A stretch of DNA of 64,000 nucleotides from positions 827-64,826 of the forward strand of contig JAFTIP010000032.1 of assembly GCA_017456845.1 (NCBI GenBank), written 5' to 3'. Source of the stretch: Ruminococcus sp. GTDB lineage: Bacteria > Bacillota > Clostridia > Oscillospirales > Acutalibacteraceae. Made by a program: the position numbers and the translations under genes. A model generated the notes under the pieces. It was not told the origin of the DNA and searched no databases. It worked only from the letters and a program-made list of their open reading frames with translations. Below are positions 36,287-45,356 of this stretch, piece after piece; position 1 is the stretch's first letter, and the number at the start of each line of letters is the position of its first letter.

Positions 36287-37687
36287 ATGTGTGATAAAGA
36301 ATCAAAAACCAAAGAGTTCAAAGAAAAACTGCTTTTAAGCAAAAAAAGCGGTATAAAAAGGCTTTCTGAAGAGGAAATCGCAAAGGCTGACGCTTGGTGC
36401 GAGGACTATAAGGTTTTCCTTGATAACTCCAAAACTGAGCGTGACGCTGTAGAGTACTCCATTGCTCTTTTAGAGAAAAACGGCTTTACAGAGTATGAGT
36501 GCGGTAAAAAGTATAATGCAGGCGATAAGGTTTATGTTAACAACCGCGGCAAAGCTCTTATTGCGGCTGTTATGGGCAAAAAGGGTGTTAGCGAGGGAAC
36601 AAGACTTGCGATTGCTCACATTGACTCTCCCAGAATCGACTTAAAGCCCAATCCTCTTTACGAGGCAAATGACCTTGCACTTTTCAAAAACCACTACTAC
36701 GGCGGCATCAGAAAGTATCAGTGGCTTGCAATTCCTCTGGCACTTCACGGTGTGGTTTCTCTTCTTGACGGTACAGATGTTAAGGTTAACTTCGGCGAGG
36801 ACGAGTCTGACCCTGTGCTTTGTATTTCCGACCTTTTGCCTCACCTTGCTTATGAGCAGGTAACAAAGCCTCTTAACAAGGCTTTCGACGGCGAGGATTT
36901 AAACGTTCTTGTTGGTTCACGTCCTTTCAGCGACGAAGACGAGGCCGACCTTGTTAAGCTCAATGTTATGAATATTTTAAATCAGAAGTATGGCATTACT
37001 GAGGATGACTTCCTTTCTGCCGAACTTTGCCTTGTTCCCACATACAAGACCAAAGATGTAGGCTTTGACAGAAGCTTACTGGGCGGCTACGGTCACGACG
37101 ATAAATGCTGTGCATATCCTGCAATTATGGCGGCTATTGACGTTGAGGCTCCTGAGTATACAGCTATCACAGTACTTTGCGATAAAGAGGAGACCGGCTC
37201 TGACGGTAACACAGGTATGCAGAGCGACTTCCTCAGATATTTCATCAACGACCTTGCAAAGGCTGAAGGTGTTGAGGGTTACCACGCAATTTCCAAGAGC
37301 AAGTGCCTTTCTGCTGATGTAAACGCAGCTTACGACCCCACTTATGCAAGTGCTTTTGAGGGCAGAAACTCCTGCTACCTTAATAAGGGCGTTGTTATTT
37401 CAAAATATACAGGCCACGGCGGCAAGGGCGGCACCAGCGATGCTTCTGCCGAGTATATGGGCGAAGTGAGAAGAATGCTTGAGAAAAACGACATCATCTG
37501 GCAGGTTGGTGAGCTTGGCCGAGTTGACCTTGGCGGCGGCGGTACTATTGCAAAGTACATTGCTAATATGAACGTTGACACAGTCGACCTTGGTGTGCCT
37601 GTGCTTTCTATGCACGCTCCCTTCGAAATTATCTCAAAAATTGACATTTATATGGCTTATCGTGCATTTTTCTCATTTTTTGAGTAA
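36287..37687 (+). CDS. M18-family aminopeptidase
   Basis: 466 aa. Motifs are AHIDSPRIDLKP, GHDDKCCAY, DKEETGSDG and VLSMHAP. Confidence 0.85.
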   Translation: MCDKESKTKEFKEKLLLSKKSGIKRLSEEEIAKADAWCEDYKVFLDNSKTERDAVEYSIALLEKNGFTEYECGKKYNAGDKVYVNNRGKALIAAVMGKKGVSEGTRLAIAHIDSPRIDLKPNPLYEANDLALFKNHYYGGIRKYQWLAIPLALHGVVSLLDGTDVKVNFGEDESDPVLCISDLLPHLAYEQVTKPLNKAFDGEDLNVLVGSRPFSDEDEADLVKLNVMNILNQKYGITEDDFLSAELCLVPTYKTKDVGFDRSLLGGYGHDDKCCAYPAIMAAIDVEAPEYTAITVLCDKEETGSDGNTGMQSDFLRYFINDLAKAEGVEGYHAISKSKCLSADVNAAYDPTYASAFEGRNSCYLNKGVVISKYTGHGGKGGTSDASAEYMGEVRRMLEKNDIIWQVGELGRVDLGGGGTIAKYIANMNVDTVDLGVPVLSMHAPFEIISKIDIYMAYRAFFSFFE

Positions 37688-37772
37688 TTATTTTTAAGAT
37701 TTCGGCATATTTACACTTGCTTTTTTGAAAGTAATGTGTTAATATAATTAGCGGTCATTAAAAACCGCTTAT

Positions 37773-37849
37773 GCGCTGCTAGCTCAGTTGGATAGAGTAA
37801 CTGGCTACGAACCAGTAGGTCGAGGGTTCGAGTCCCCCGCAGCGCGCCA
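37773..37849 (+). tRNA. tRNA-Arg (anticodon ACG), CCA encoded
   Basis: The hand-folded cloverleaf has acceptor GCGCTGC/GCAGCGC, D arm GCTC-AGTTGGATA-GAGT and anticodon arm ACTGG-CTACGAA-CCAGT. The T loop is TTCGAGT, the discriminator is G, and CCA follows. There is one A-C mismatch in the T stem. Confidence 0.9.
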
Positions 37850-37888
37850 AGAAAACACAGTACCCTTTGGGTGCTGTGTTTTTTTATT
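37832..37888 (+). repeat. Direct repeat copy 1: last 18 nt of tRNA-Arg plus its terminator hairpin
   Basis: GTCCCCCGCAGCGCGCCAAGAAAACACAGTACCCTTTGGGTGCTGTGTTTTTTTATT is identical over 57 nt to 38037-38093. Confidence 0.95.
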
Positions 37889-38036
37889 GCTATGGGGACT
37901 CGAACCCTGAGAGGGTGAGCACCGTAAAGAAAACAGTCCGGGGGACTGTTTTTAGGTGCGAAGCGTGCAGGCGGGTACCGAATGCCAAAGGCATTGGGTC
38001 GCCAAGCGTGGCAGAATTTTTTGTCAAAAATTCTGC

Positions 38037-38093
38037 GTCCCCCGCAGCGCGCCAAGAAAACACAGTACCCTTTGGGTGCTGTGTTTTTTTATT
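38037..38093 (+). repeat. Direct repeat copy 2 (tRNA-Arg 3' fragment plus terminator), att-like
   Basis: This is a perfect 57-nt copy of 37832-37888. The two copies are separated by a 148-bp insert that contains three hairpins. Confidence 0.95.
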
Positions 38094-38145
38094 TGTGACA
38101 TCAAATAATAATGTAATAGAAAAGAAACTGTCTTACCTTTTTGTG

Positions 38146-38174
38146 TTGGTATTTTTAAAGAAATATGATATAAT
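38146..38174 (+). promoter_or_regulatory. Sigma-A-type promoter for the flavoenzyme operon
   Basis: TTGGTA - 17 nt - TATAAT, with TG at the extended -10 position (aTGaTATAAT). It lies 45 nt upstream of the ATG. Confidence 0.55.
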
Positions 38175-38219
38175 AAATCTTATAATCTTAATATTGCTTT
38201 TAATTATCGAGGAATCAAA

Positions 38220-39734
38220 ATGGAAAGAAAATATGATGTGATTGTAATCGGTGCAGGCAACGCGGGCCTTGCTTTTGCCTGTACTGCAACTAAAAACGGA
38301 TTGAAAACTCTGTTGATAGAGCGTAACGTTTTACCCGGAGGCTGTGCCACAAGCTTTGTTCGAGGCAGATTTGAGTATGAATCATCCCTTCACGAGCTTG
38401 CAAATGTAGGCACAAAAGAAAATCCAGGTTCGGTGCGTCAGCTTTTTGAAAGCTATGGTGCAGACGTTAACTGGGTTAACGAAGAAAACGCTTTTCGCGT
38501 TATTGCAGATGGAGAAGACGGTTATGATGCTACCATGCCTGCTGGCGTAGAGGCCTTCGCTGACAAAATGGAGGAGATTGTTGAGGACAGCCGTGATAGC
38601 GTTATTGCTTTATTTGACCTTGCCAAAAAGGTAGAAAAGGCAATTGCTTATATGTCGCAGGGCAAACCCGACCCTGAGGTTTTGATGAAAGAACACGCCG
38701 ATTTTATGTGTATGGCGTCATATTCCGTTGATGAGTGCCTTAATGCTTTAGGTATGCCGAAGAAGGCTCAGAATATAGTAAAAACCTACTGGCCTTACTT
38801 AGGTGCGGCTACTGACAAAATCGACCTCGCACACTATCTTATTATGATGTCTCGGTATGTTGACGGCAGCCCTGCCATGCCTTTGATGAAATCTCACGAG
38901 CTTTCTCTTGCTCTTGACAAGGTTATCAGAGAAAACGGCGGAGAAATCTGGTACAATACAGAGGTTAAAGAGATTATCACCGAAAACGGAAAGGCGGTAG
39001 GAGTAAAGCTTGAAAATGGTGAGGTGTACGCTGACTTTGTAGTTGCAAACTGCTTCCCTGAAACGGCTTATTCTAAAATGCTGCCAAAGGAAGCTGTGGC
39101 TGATAAAGCTGTTAAGCTTGCGAATGCCCGTAAAAAAGGGGAACTTTTCTTTACGGTTTATCTTGGACTCAACCGCAGTGCCGAGGAGCTTGGTATAAAG
39201 GATTACTCTGTATTTCTGTTTAACAGCCCTGATTCTCTTGAACAGTATAATAGTATGGATAATTTCGATGAGAGCTTTGTAATTGTAAACTGTCTTAATA
39301 CCGTTATTCCTACTGCTTCCCCCAAGGGTACTTGTACTCTATTTTTAACCACAATGCTTTCAGAGAGAGCATGGGAAGGTGTTAACGAGGAAAACTACAA
39401 GAGTATTAAAAACAAAATTGCTAAGCGGATGATAGAGCTTTATGAGAAAAAGCTTTCAGTTTCCGTTAAGCCGTATATTGAAGAAATCGTAATTTCAACG
39501 CCATCTACTTTTGCAAGATATCTTAACACTCCCCACGGCACACCTTACGGCTATGAGGTTCAGCCTTGGGACACTATGATAGCAAGAATTATGAACTTAA
39601 GAAACGAGCAGTTTAACGAAAACCTTTATTTTATCGGTGCTCACGGAGACAGAGCCGACGGATACAGCAGTGCTTATTCCAACGGCAATTCTACCGCAGG
39701 CAGAATTTTAAAGGAGGTTAAGAAAAATGGCTGA
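38220..39734 (+). CDS. NAD(P)/FAD-dependent oxidoreductase of the phytoene desaturase (CrtI)-like family
   Basis: 504 aa. The dinucleotide fold reads YDVIVIGAGNAGLAFACTATKNGLKTLLIERNVLPGGC, and the length and C-terminal region are typical of COG1233-type enzymes. Confidence 0.8.
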   Translation: MERKYDVIVIGAGNAGLAFACTATKNGLKTLLIERNVLPGGCATSFVRGRFEYESSLHELANVGTKENPGSVRQLFESYGADVNWVNEENAFRVIADGEDGYDATMPAGVEAFADKMEEIVEDSRDSVIALFDLAKKVEKAIAYMSQGKPDPEVLMKEHADFMCMASYSVDECLNALGMPKKAQNIVKTYWPYLGAATDKIDLAHYLIMMSRYVDGSPAMPLMKSHELSLALDKVIRENGGEIWYNTEVKEIITENGKAVGVKLENGEVYADFVVANCFPETAYSKMLPKEAVADKAVKLANARKKGELFFTVYLGLNRSAEELGIKDYSVFLFNSPDSLEQYNSMDNFDESFVIVNCLNTVIPTASPKGTCTLFLTTMLSERAWEGVNEENYKSIKNKIAKRMIELYEKKLSVSVKPYIEEIVISTPSTFARYLNTPHGTPYGYEVQPWDTMIARIMNLRNEQFNENLYFIGAHGDRADGYSSAYSNGNSTAGRILKEVKKNG

Positions 39735-40899
39735 ATATAATCTTGATTCCCTCAACCCTTTAAAGTTTACCGAACTTATTAAAAACCGTGAAACCGAGAA
39801 TGCCAAAGCCTCTGATGATATATGTGTTTCCGATTTTAACGCCAATAATTTAGCCGGGTCTCTTCACCCCAAGAAGCAGATTTTAAAAATCAGCGAAATC
39901 AAAGATGCAAAGTACACAAAGATTTACACACTTACTTCAGATAAATGTGCTTATTTTTCCGCAGGTCAGTACCTTTCCGTTTCCGTAAATATAGAAGGCA
40001 AAACCTATTCAAGACCTTATTCGGTGGTTTCCACTCCCAAGGATGCTTTAAAAGGTTTTTATGTGATTGCAGTTAAAAGGGTAGAGGGAGGTATTGTTTC
40101 AAACTATATCCTCGATAACTTAAAGGTTGGTGATATTGTTGAAGCATCAGACCCTACCGGCACTTTTACTTATGAGCCGTTAAGAGATGCTGAGCATATT
40201 ATTGCTGTTGCGGGCGGTAGCGGAATTACACCCTTTGTATCGCTTGCAAAGGCGATTTTTGAAGGAAGCGAAGAATGCACCCTGACAATTCTTTACGGTA
40301 GCAAAAAAGAGGATGATATTCTTTTTAAATCAGAGCTTGATAGTATAAGCCGAAGCTGCGAAAAGGTCAATGTGGTTTACATTCTCAGCGAAGAAGAAAA
40401 AGAAGGTTTTGACCACGGCTTTATTAATGCGGAACTTATTAAGAAATATGCACCTAAGAGCGAGTATTCCGTATTTCTTTGCGGCCCTCAGGGGATGATA
40501 GGTTTTGTTGACAAAGAGCTCAGTAAGCTCAGCTTAGAGAAAAAGTATATCCGCCACGAGGTTCACGGCGAGGTTGCCAACCCCGAAGGCTTTGTTGATT
40601 ATCCTAAGAACGTTTCGGATACAGTAAAGATAAGTGTATACGTAAAAGGTGAGAAAACCGAGATTACCGCAAGCTCCAAAAACACCGTTCTCAGAATTTT
40701 AGAGGCAAACGGTATCAAGCCGCCTTCAAGATGCCGCTCGGGCGAATGCGGATTCTGTCACTCAAAGTTATTATGCGGTAAGGTTTTTATTCCCAAAGAG
40801 CTTGACAAACGCCGACAGGCAGACTCAAAATACGGCTTTATTCATCCTTGTTGCAGTTACCCGTTAAGCGATTTGGAAATAGAGGTATCAGAGCAGTAA
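39727..40899 (+). CDS. Ferredoxin-NAD(P) reductase-like flavoprotein with C-terminal plant-type 2Fe-2S domain
   Basis: 390 aa. It has the FAD-binding motif RPYSVVS, the NAD-binding motif IAVAGGSGITP and a C-terminal CRSGECGFCHSKLLCG...C. It overlaps the previous gene by 8 nt (ATGGCTGA). Confidence 0.8.
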   Translation: MAEYNLDSLNPLKFTELIKNRETENAKASDDICVSDFNANNLAGSLHPKKQILKISEIKDAKYTKIYTLTSDKCAYFSAGQYLSVSVNIEGKTYSRPYSVVSTPKDALKGFYVIAVKRVEGGIVSNYILDNLKVGDIVEASDPTGTFTYEPLRDAEHIIAVAGGSGITPFVSLAKAIFEGSEECTLTILYGSKKEDDILFKSELDSISRSCEKVNVVYILSEEEKEGFDHGFINAELIKKYAPKSEYSVFLCGPQGMIGFVDKELSKLSLEKKYIRHEVHGEVANPEGFVDYPKNVSDTVKISVYVKGEKTEITASSKNTVLRILEANGIKPPSRCRSGECGFCHSKLLCGKVFIPKELDKRRQADSKYGFIHPCCSYPLSDLEIEVSEQ

Positions 40900-40925
40900 C
40901 TAATTGTAGAGAAGTTAACTCAAAC

Positions 40926-40954
40926 TTGCAATATTCGCAAAGTTGTAATATAAT
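40926..40954 (+). promoter_or_regulatory. Sigma-A-type promoter for the amidohydrolase gene
   Basis: TTGCAA - 17 nt - TATAAT. Confidence 0.55.
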
Positions 40955-40989
40955 CTTTTCGTTTATCTTAGTTTTATCAGGTGACCCTT

Positions 40990-41784
40990 ATGAAAATAAT
41001 CGATTTTCACAATCATATCTATCCCGAAAAAATTGCTCGAAAGGCAACAGATGCTGTTGGTGCTTTTTATGACTTTCAGGTTATGGAGCGTACAGGCACT
41101 ATTGATGAGCTTATTGATGCTCACAAAGCTGCTGGTATCGATACTTGCGTAATTCATGCAGTTGCTACAACCCCCCATCAGGTGCAGACAGTTAACGATT
41201 ACGTGGCAAAAGCAGCTTACGATAATAAGGGCAGTATCTATGCTTTCGGTTCACTCCATCAGGATTATGACGATAAAATTGCAGAGATTGACCGCTGCAT
41301 TTCCATGGGACTTAAAGGCATTAAGCTTCACCCTGACACTCAGCAGTTTAACGTTGATGACGAAAGGCTTTTAGAGGCTTACGACTATATGCAGGGTAAG
41401 CTTCCGCTTTTACTTCACGCAGGTGATTATCGTTACGACTATTCTCATCCCAGACGTATTCAGCGAATCTGCAGAATGTTTCCTAATCTCTTGGTAATCG
41501 GTGCTCATTTTGGCGGTTGGTCAGTTTATGACGAAGGTGTAAAATACCTTTTAGGCGAGGAAAACTGTATGGTAGATACCTCTTCTACATCAGGCTTTAC
41601 CACATCCGAAAAATTCGCTGAGCTTATTCATACCTTCGGCGAATCAAGGCTTCTTTTCGGAACGGACTTTCCTATGTGGGACACAAAAGGCGAGCTTGAG
41701 CGTTTTATGGCGGTAAAGCTTTCTGATTCTCAGCGTGAAAAAATCCTTTATGATAATGCCGCAAAGATTTTAAATATCAAATAA
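40990..41784 (+). CDS. Amidohydrolase-2 family metal-dependent TIM-barrel hydrolase
   Basis: The start MKIIDFHNHIYPEKIA carries the HxH metal motif. It also has GIKLHPDTQQF, LLLHAGD and LLFGTDFPMW. Confidence 0.8.
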   Translation: MKIIDFHNHIYPEKIARKATDAVGAFYDFQVMERTGTIDELIDAHKAAGIDTCVIHAVATTPHQVQTVNDYVAKAAYDNKGSIYAFGSLHQDYDDKIAEIDRCISMGLKGIKLHPDTQQFNVDDERLLEAYDYMQGKLPLLLHAGDYRYDYSHPRRIQRICRMFPNLLVIGAHFGGWSVYDEGVKYLLGEENCMVDTSSTSGFTTSEKFAELIHTFGESRLLFGTDFPMWDTKGELERFMAVKLSDSQREKILYDNAAKILNIK

Positions 41785-41844
41785 CCCTTGCTTTAACTTG
41801 TTTACTGCTGTATAATTGACTTAATAAATTCTGAGGTGATTTTT

Positions 41845-42249
41845 ATGAAAAGATTTTTCGCTTTAGCGCTTATATTATGTATGGCTTTTTCTCTCGGTAC
41901 ACTTTCAGGATGTAAAGAGAAGGATTACGAAAAAAATATTTATGAAGATTTTGAGGAGTTTGATTCTTATGTTCCAAGAGGCTCTGATATTATCGGCACT
42001 TGGGTAATGACTTCTCCCGATACTGATATGGAATGGCAGTTCTTCGCAAATACTACCCTTCACCTGACCAAGATTTCAGGCGATGTAAGAACCTCTACGG
42101 TTTGCACCTACAATTATGACGGCGAGGGTAATCTCAAGTTTTATGTGTTTAACAATAGCGAGGAGCACGCCTATACAGTAGAGCTTAAGGGCAAAAACTT
42201 AACCCTTACTGATTCAGAGGGCGTTGTGTCAACCTTTACAAAGAAATAA
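41845..42249 (+). CDS. Small lipoprotein of unknown function
   Basis: MKRFFALALILCMAFSLGTLSGC forms a lipobox, and a GAGGTG RBS is present. Confidence 0.7.
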   Translation: MKRFFALALILCMAFSLGTLSGCKEKDYEKNIYEDFEEFDSYVPRGSDIIGTWVMTSPDTDMEWQFFANTTLHLTKISGDVRTSTVCTYNYDGEGNLKFYVFNNSEEHAYTVELKGKNLTLTDSEGVVSTFTKK

Positions 42250-42266
42250 GCTTATATAAAAATTCG

Positions 42267-42297
42267 GCCGTAGCAGGTATTACTGCTACGGCTTTTT
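42267..42297. terminator. Bidirectional terminator after the lipoprotein gene
   Basis: GCCGTAGCAG-gtatta-CTGCTACGGC followed by TTTTT, with an A-rich tract on the other side. Confidence 0.7.
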
Positions 42298-42578
42298 ATG
42301 TTTCTAACCCGAGGACGGAAAACATAAAAGACTTAAGAAAAGTCAAGAAAACAAAAGTTTATGAAAAGAATTATTTAAAATAATAACATCTATAAACCTA
42401 CTGAAAAAAGCTAATCAAACGAATTACAATAAAACACAATACGCTTAACTTTTTATAAGTTTTCTTAAATTCTGCTTTTACATTTTCCGCCCGTATATCA
42501 TGCGGCTTAAAGCCTTCGCTTCTCACGCCGCAATAGTATTATGGATTTTTAATCTTAATATATTTATGGTAATTTTTG

Positions 42579-43352
42579 TTACTCGGTTTCAATAATTTTC
42601 ATCCTGCCCTCGTGGTCGGTTTGATAATTGCCCTCGGGCACAAGCTCTGAGATTGGTACCAATTCATACCCCTGAGCCCGTATGCCTTCGATTATTGAGG
42701 GCAGGGCTTTGGGGGTGTTTTTGGCGCCGTTATGCAGAAGAACAATTGAGCCCGGCTGAAGTTTTGAAGTCACTCTTTGTGTTATTTCAGATGCACTGAG
42801 GTCTTTCCAGTCCAGAGAATCCACGTCCCACTGAATACAGTACATATTCTGATTTTTAACAGCTCCCACAACGTTATTGTCATAGTCGCCGTAAGGCGGG
42901 CGGAAAAGGGTAGGGCACTTGCCTGTGAGGGCTTTGATTTTATCGTTACAGCTTACAATTTCCTCAGTCATTCCCTCTAATGAAAGCTCTGGCATATGGG
43001 CGTGGGTGTTTGAGTGATTCTCAACGTCGTGGCCTTTTGCGGCAATGTCTTTAACAGAGTCGGGGAAGTTATCCACCCATTGTCCAACAAGGAAAAAAGT
43101 AGCTTTCACCTCATATCGGTCTAGAATATCCAGAAGCTCCGGAGTTTGCTCGTTACCCCAAGCAGCGTCAAAAGAAATTGCCACTTTTTTCTCGTTGGTT
43201 TCAACCGAATATATAGGAATATCACGAGGCTGAGACGCGGTAGTTACAGCCTTGTTTACAGTTACGCCGCCTATGGAAAGAGCTGTGGCGGCAATTAAAA
43301 ACGCGCCCATGGCAGTTAAAATTTCCTTTTTGGTAAGGGAGAAAATCTTCAT
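42579..43352 (-). CDS. Polysaccharide deacetylase (NodB homology domain), membrane-anchored or secreted
   Basis: The start is MKIFSLTKKEILTAMGAF at 43352 with a GAGGTG RBS. Motifs are SFDAAWGNE, TFFLVGQWV, HSNTHAHM and LLHNG. Confidence 0.88.
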   Translation of the reverse strand: MKIFSLTKKEILTAMGAFLIAATALSIGGVTVNKAVTTASQPRDIPIYSVETNEKKVAISFDAAWGNEQTPELLDILDRYEVKATFFLVGQWVDNFPDSVKDIAAKGHDVENHSNTHAHMPELSLEGMTEEIVSCNDKIKALTGKCPTLFRPPYGDYDNNVVGAVKNQNMYCIQWDVDSLDWKDLSASEITQRVTSKLQPGSIVLLHNGAKNTPKALPSIIEGIRAQGYELVPISELVPEGNYQTDHEGRMKIIETE

Positions 43353-43432
43353 ATATGTACACCTCGGTAATTTATATGAAGAAGCCAAAAGAAAAAGCAC
43401 AGCGATTTTTTCGCCGTGCTTTGAATTTAAGC

Positions 43433-45193
43433 TTAAACTGTGTATTTGTTTTTGTACTCTTCAAAATATGTGTTGAAGAGCATGCTTTTGTGTTCCTTAA
43501 GTGTGCTTAAGTATGCGTGAGCCTCGAACTCGTCCATATCAAGCTCGATAAGAGCAACGGCGATATTTGAGCAATGGTCTGCAATTCTTTCGCAGTTTGT
43601 AATGTAGTCTGAGAATACAAAGCCGTGGGTAAGAGTACAGTTGCCGTTCTGAACTCGGCTGATGTGGCGAAGCTTAAGCTCGTCACAAAGCATATCGATT
43701 GTTTCCTCTAAAGGCTCTACTCTGTGTGCAAGGTCGTTGTCGTTGTTGATAAATGCTCTTACTGAAATATCAACGATTTCAGAAACAGCGGCCGAAAGCT
43801 GAGAAATCTCTGCCTGAGCTGCATGGCTGAAAGAAATCTGCTTTTCGTTAATTTCTTTGGCTGCGTCTGCAATTGTAAGAGCGTGGTCAGAGATTCTTTC
43901 GAAGTCACCGATTGTATGCAGGAATTTGGAAACCTCTCGGCTCTGAGCTTTGTTAAGCTCTTTACCTGTAATTTTAACAAGGTATGTACCAAGCTTGTCC
44001 TCGTATTTATCGATTTCGCCCTCGTCGGCTTCAACTTTTTTGTATGCCTCTTCAGAGTAATTTTCCATCAAAGCGAAGGCCTCAATAAGGTTTTTGTGTG
44101 ACTGCTCAGCCATAGAGCAAAGAACTGCACGGCTCTGCTCAATAGCAAGACCGGGATGAGTAAGGAAACGTTCCTCAAGTCGGTCAAGCTCGCCTGTTTT
44201 CTTGTCGGACTTTTTATCTTTAATAAGAGCACACACAAGCTTGTCAAACTGTTTAACAAAAGGCAGAAGCAGTAATGTTGCTGCTACGTTGAACACTGTG
44301 TTTATCATTGCAATGCTGAAAGCATCAGCAGGAATATCCATAAAACCAAAATGGAAAATTTCGTTTGCACCCCAGAAAACGGGAGTAAGGATAATGGCAC
44401 CGATAGAGTTAAAAATAAGGTAAATAATGGATGCACGCTTACCGTTTGTTGTAGCACCGATAGCAGAAAGTAAAACAGGCATGGAAGCACCGATACACAT
44501 ACCGATAATAAGGTAAATGGCGGCATCGTTGTTAACTAATCCTGTAACAGCCAAAGACTGTAAAATACCGATAGAAGCGGAAGCACTTTGTAAAATTGCA
44601 GTAATAACAGTACCAACAAGAATACCCAAGAAGGGGTTGGACATTGTTGTCATCATATTTGCAAACAAGGGACTGTCTTCCAAAAAGCCCATGGCACCGC
44701 TCATCATTTTCATACCGCTCATCAAAACGGCAAAGCCAAGCATAATAGAGCCGGTATGCTTATAGGTGTTCTTTTTGGCGAACATCATAAAGAGTGTGCC
44801 GATAAGGGCAAAAACAGCTGAGATAAAGGTTGTGGATAAGAACTGAGTCCAGAAAGCCTCGCCCTGACCCTCAACAGCCGAAAGACTTAAAATCCAGCCT
44901 GTAGCAGTAGTACCGATGTTAGCACCCATAATAATACCTATAGCCTGAGCAATAGTCATCATACCTGAGTTAACAAAGCCTACAACCATACATGAGGTGG
45001 CGGAAGAAGACTGAATAACAGCGGTTACACCTGTACCTAAAAGTACGCCTCTGGTAGGGGTAGAAGAAAGCTTCCACAAAATTGTTTCAAGCTTACTGCC
45101 TGCAACCTTTTTAAGGCCGTCGCCCATAGCGTTCATACCGAAGAGGAACATCGCAAGTCCCGTAATCAGCTGAAAAACAGGGGTGATACTCAT
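43433..45193 (-). CDS. Na/Pi cotransporter family protein with C-terminal PhoU-like domain
   Basis: About 586 aa from MSITPVFQ, with an AAGGAG RBS. It has repeated QSSSA/QSASAS transporter motifs and a C-terminal helical region that resembles PhoU repeats. Confidence 0.85.
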   Translation of the reverse strand: MSITPVFQLITGLAMFLFGMNAMGDGLKKVAGSKLETILWKLSSTPTRGVLLGTGVTAVIQSSSATSCMVVGFVNSGMMTIAQAIGIIMGANIGTTATGWILSLSAVEGQGEAFWTQFLSTTFISAVFALIGTLFMMFAKKNTYKHTGSIMLGFAVLMSGMKMMSGAMGFLEDSPLFANMMTTMSNPFLGILVGTVITAILQSASASIGILQSLAVTGLVNNDAAIYLIIGMCIGASMPVLLSAIGATTNGKRASIIYLIFNSIGAIILTPVFWGANEIFHFGFMDIPADAFSIAMINTVFNVAATLLLLPFVKQFDKLVCALIKDKKSDKKTGELDRLEERFLTHPGLAIEQSRAVLCSMAEQSHKNLIEAFALMENYSEEAYKKVEADEGEIDKYEDKLGTYLVKITGKELNKAQSREVSKFLHTIGDFERISDHALTIADAAKEINEKQISFSHAAQAEISQLSAAVSEIVDISVRAFINNDNDLAHRVEPLEETIDMLCDELKLRHISRVQNGNCTLTHGFVFSDYITNCERIADHCSNIAVALIELDMDEFEAHAYLSTLKEHKSMLFNTYFEEYKNKYTV

Positions 45194-45305
45194 AAAAAGC
45201 ACTCCTTGAATTTTTAATTTAATTTTACATTGAGTTTACTATATCAAATAAATGTTAAATCTTAATGTAGTTTTGTTAAATCTATGTAAAATCTTGAAAA
45301 CTTCT

Positions 45306-45343
45306 AAAAAAACGACAAATTCCAAAGGAAATTGTCGTTTTTT
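45306..45343. terminator. Terminator after the acyltransferase gene
   Basis: AACGACAAATT-ccaaagga-AATTGTCGTT flanked by A and T runs. Confidence 0.65.
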
Positions 45344-45356
45344 ATTGCTGTTTAGT

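Noticed and set aside
37711-38241. ORFs 37711..38055(-) and 37867..38241(+) across the tRNA-Arg region, and a possible second tRNA gene on the minus strand at ~37889-37965
   Set aside because: The ORFs read through a tRNA gene, two terminators and the duplicated att-like repeat. The minus-strand GGGTTCGAGTCCCC segment has a T-arm-like sequence, but no acceptor stem, D arm or anticodon arm could be folded. I treat it as an inverted tRNA fragment.
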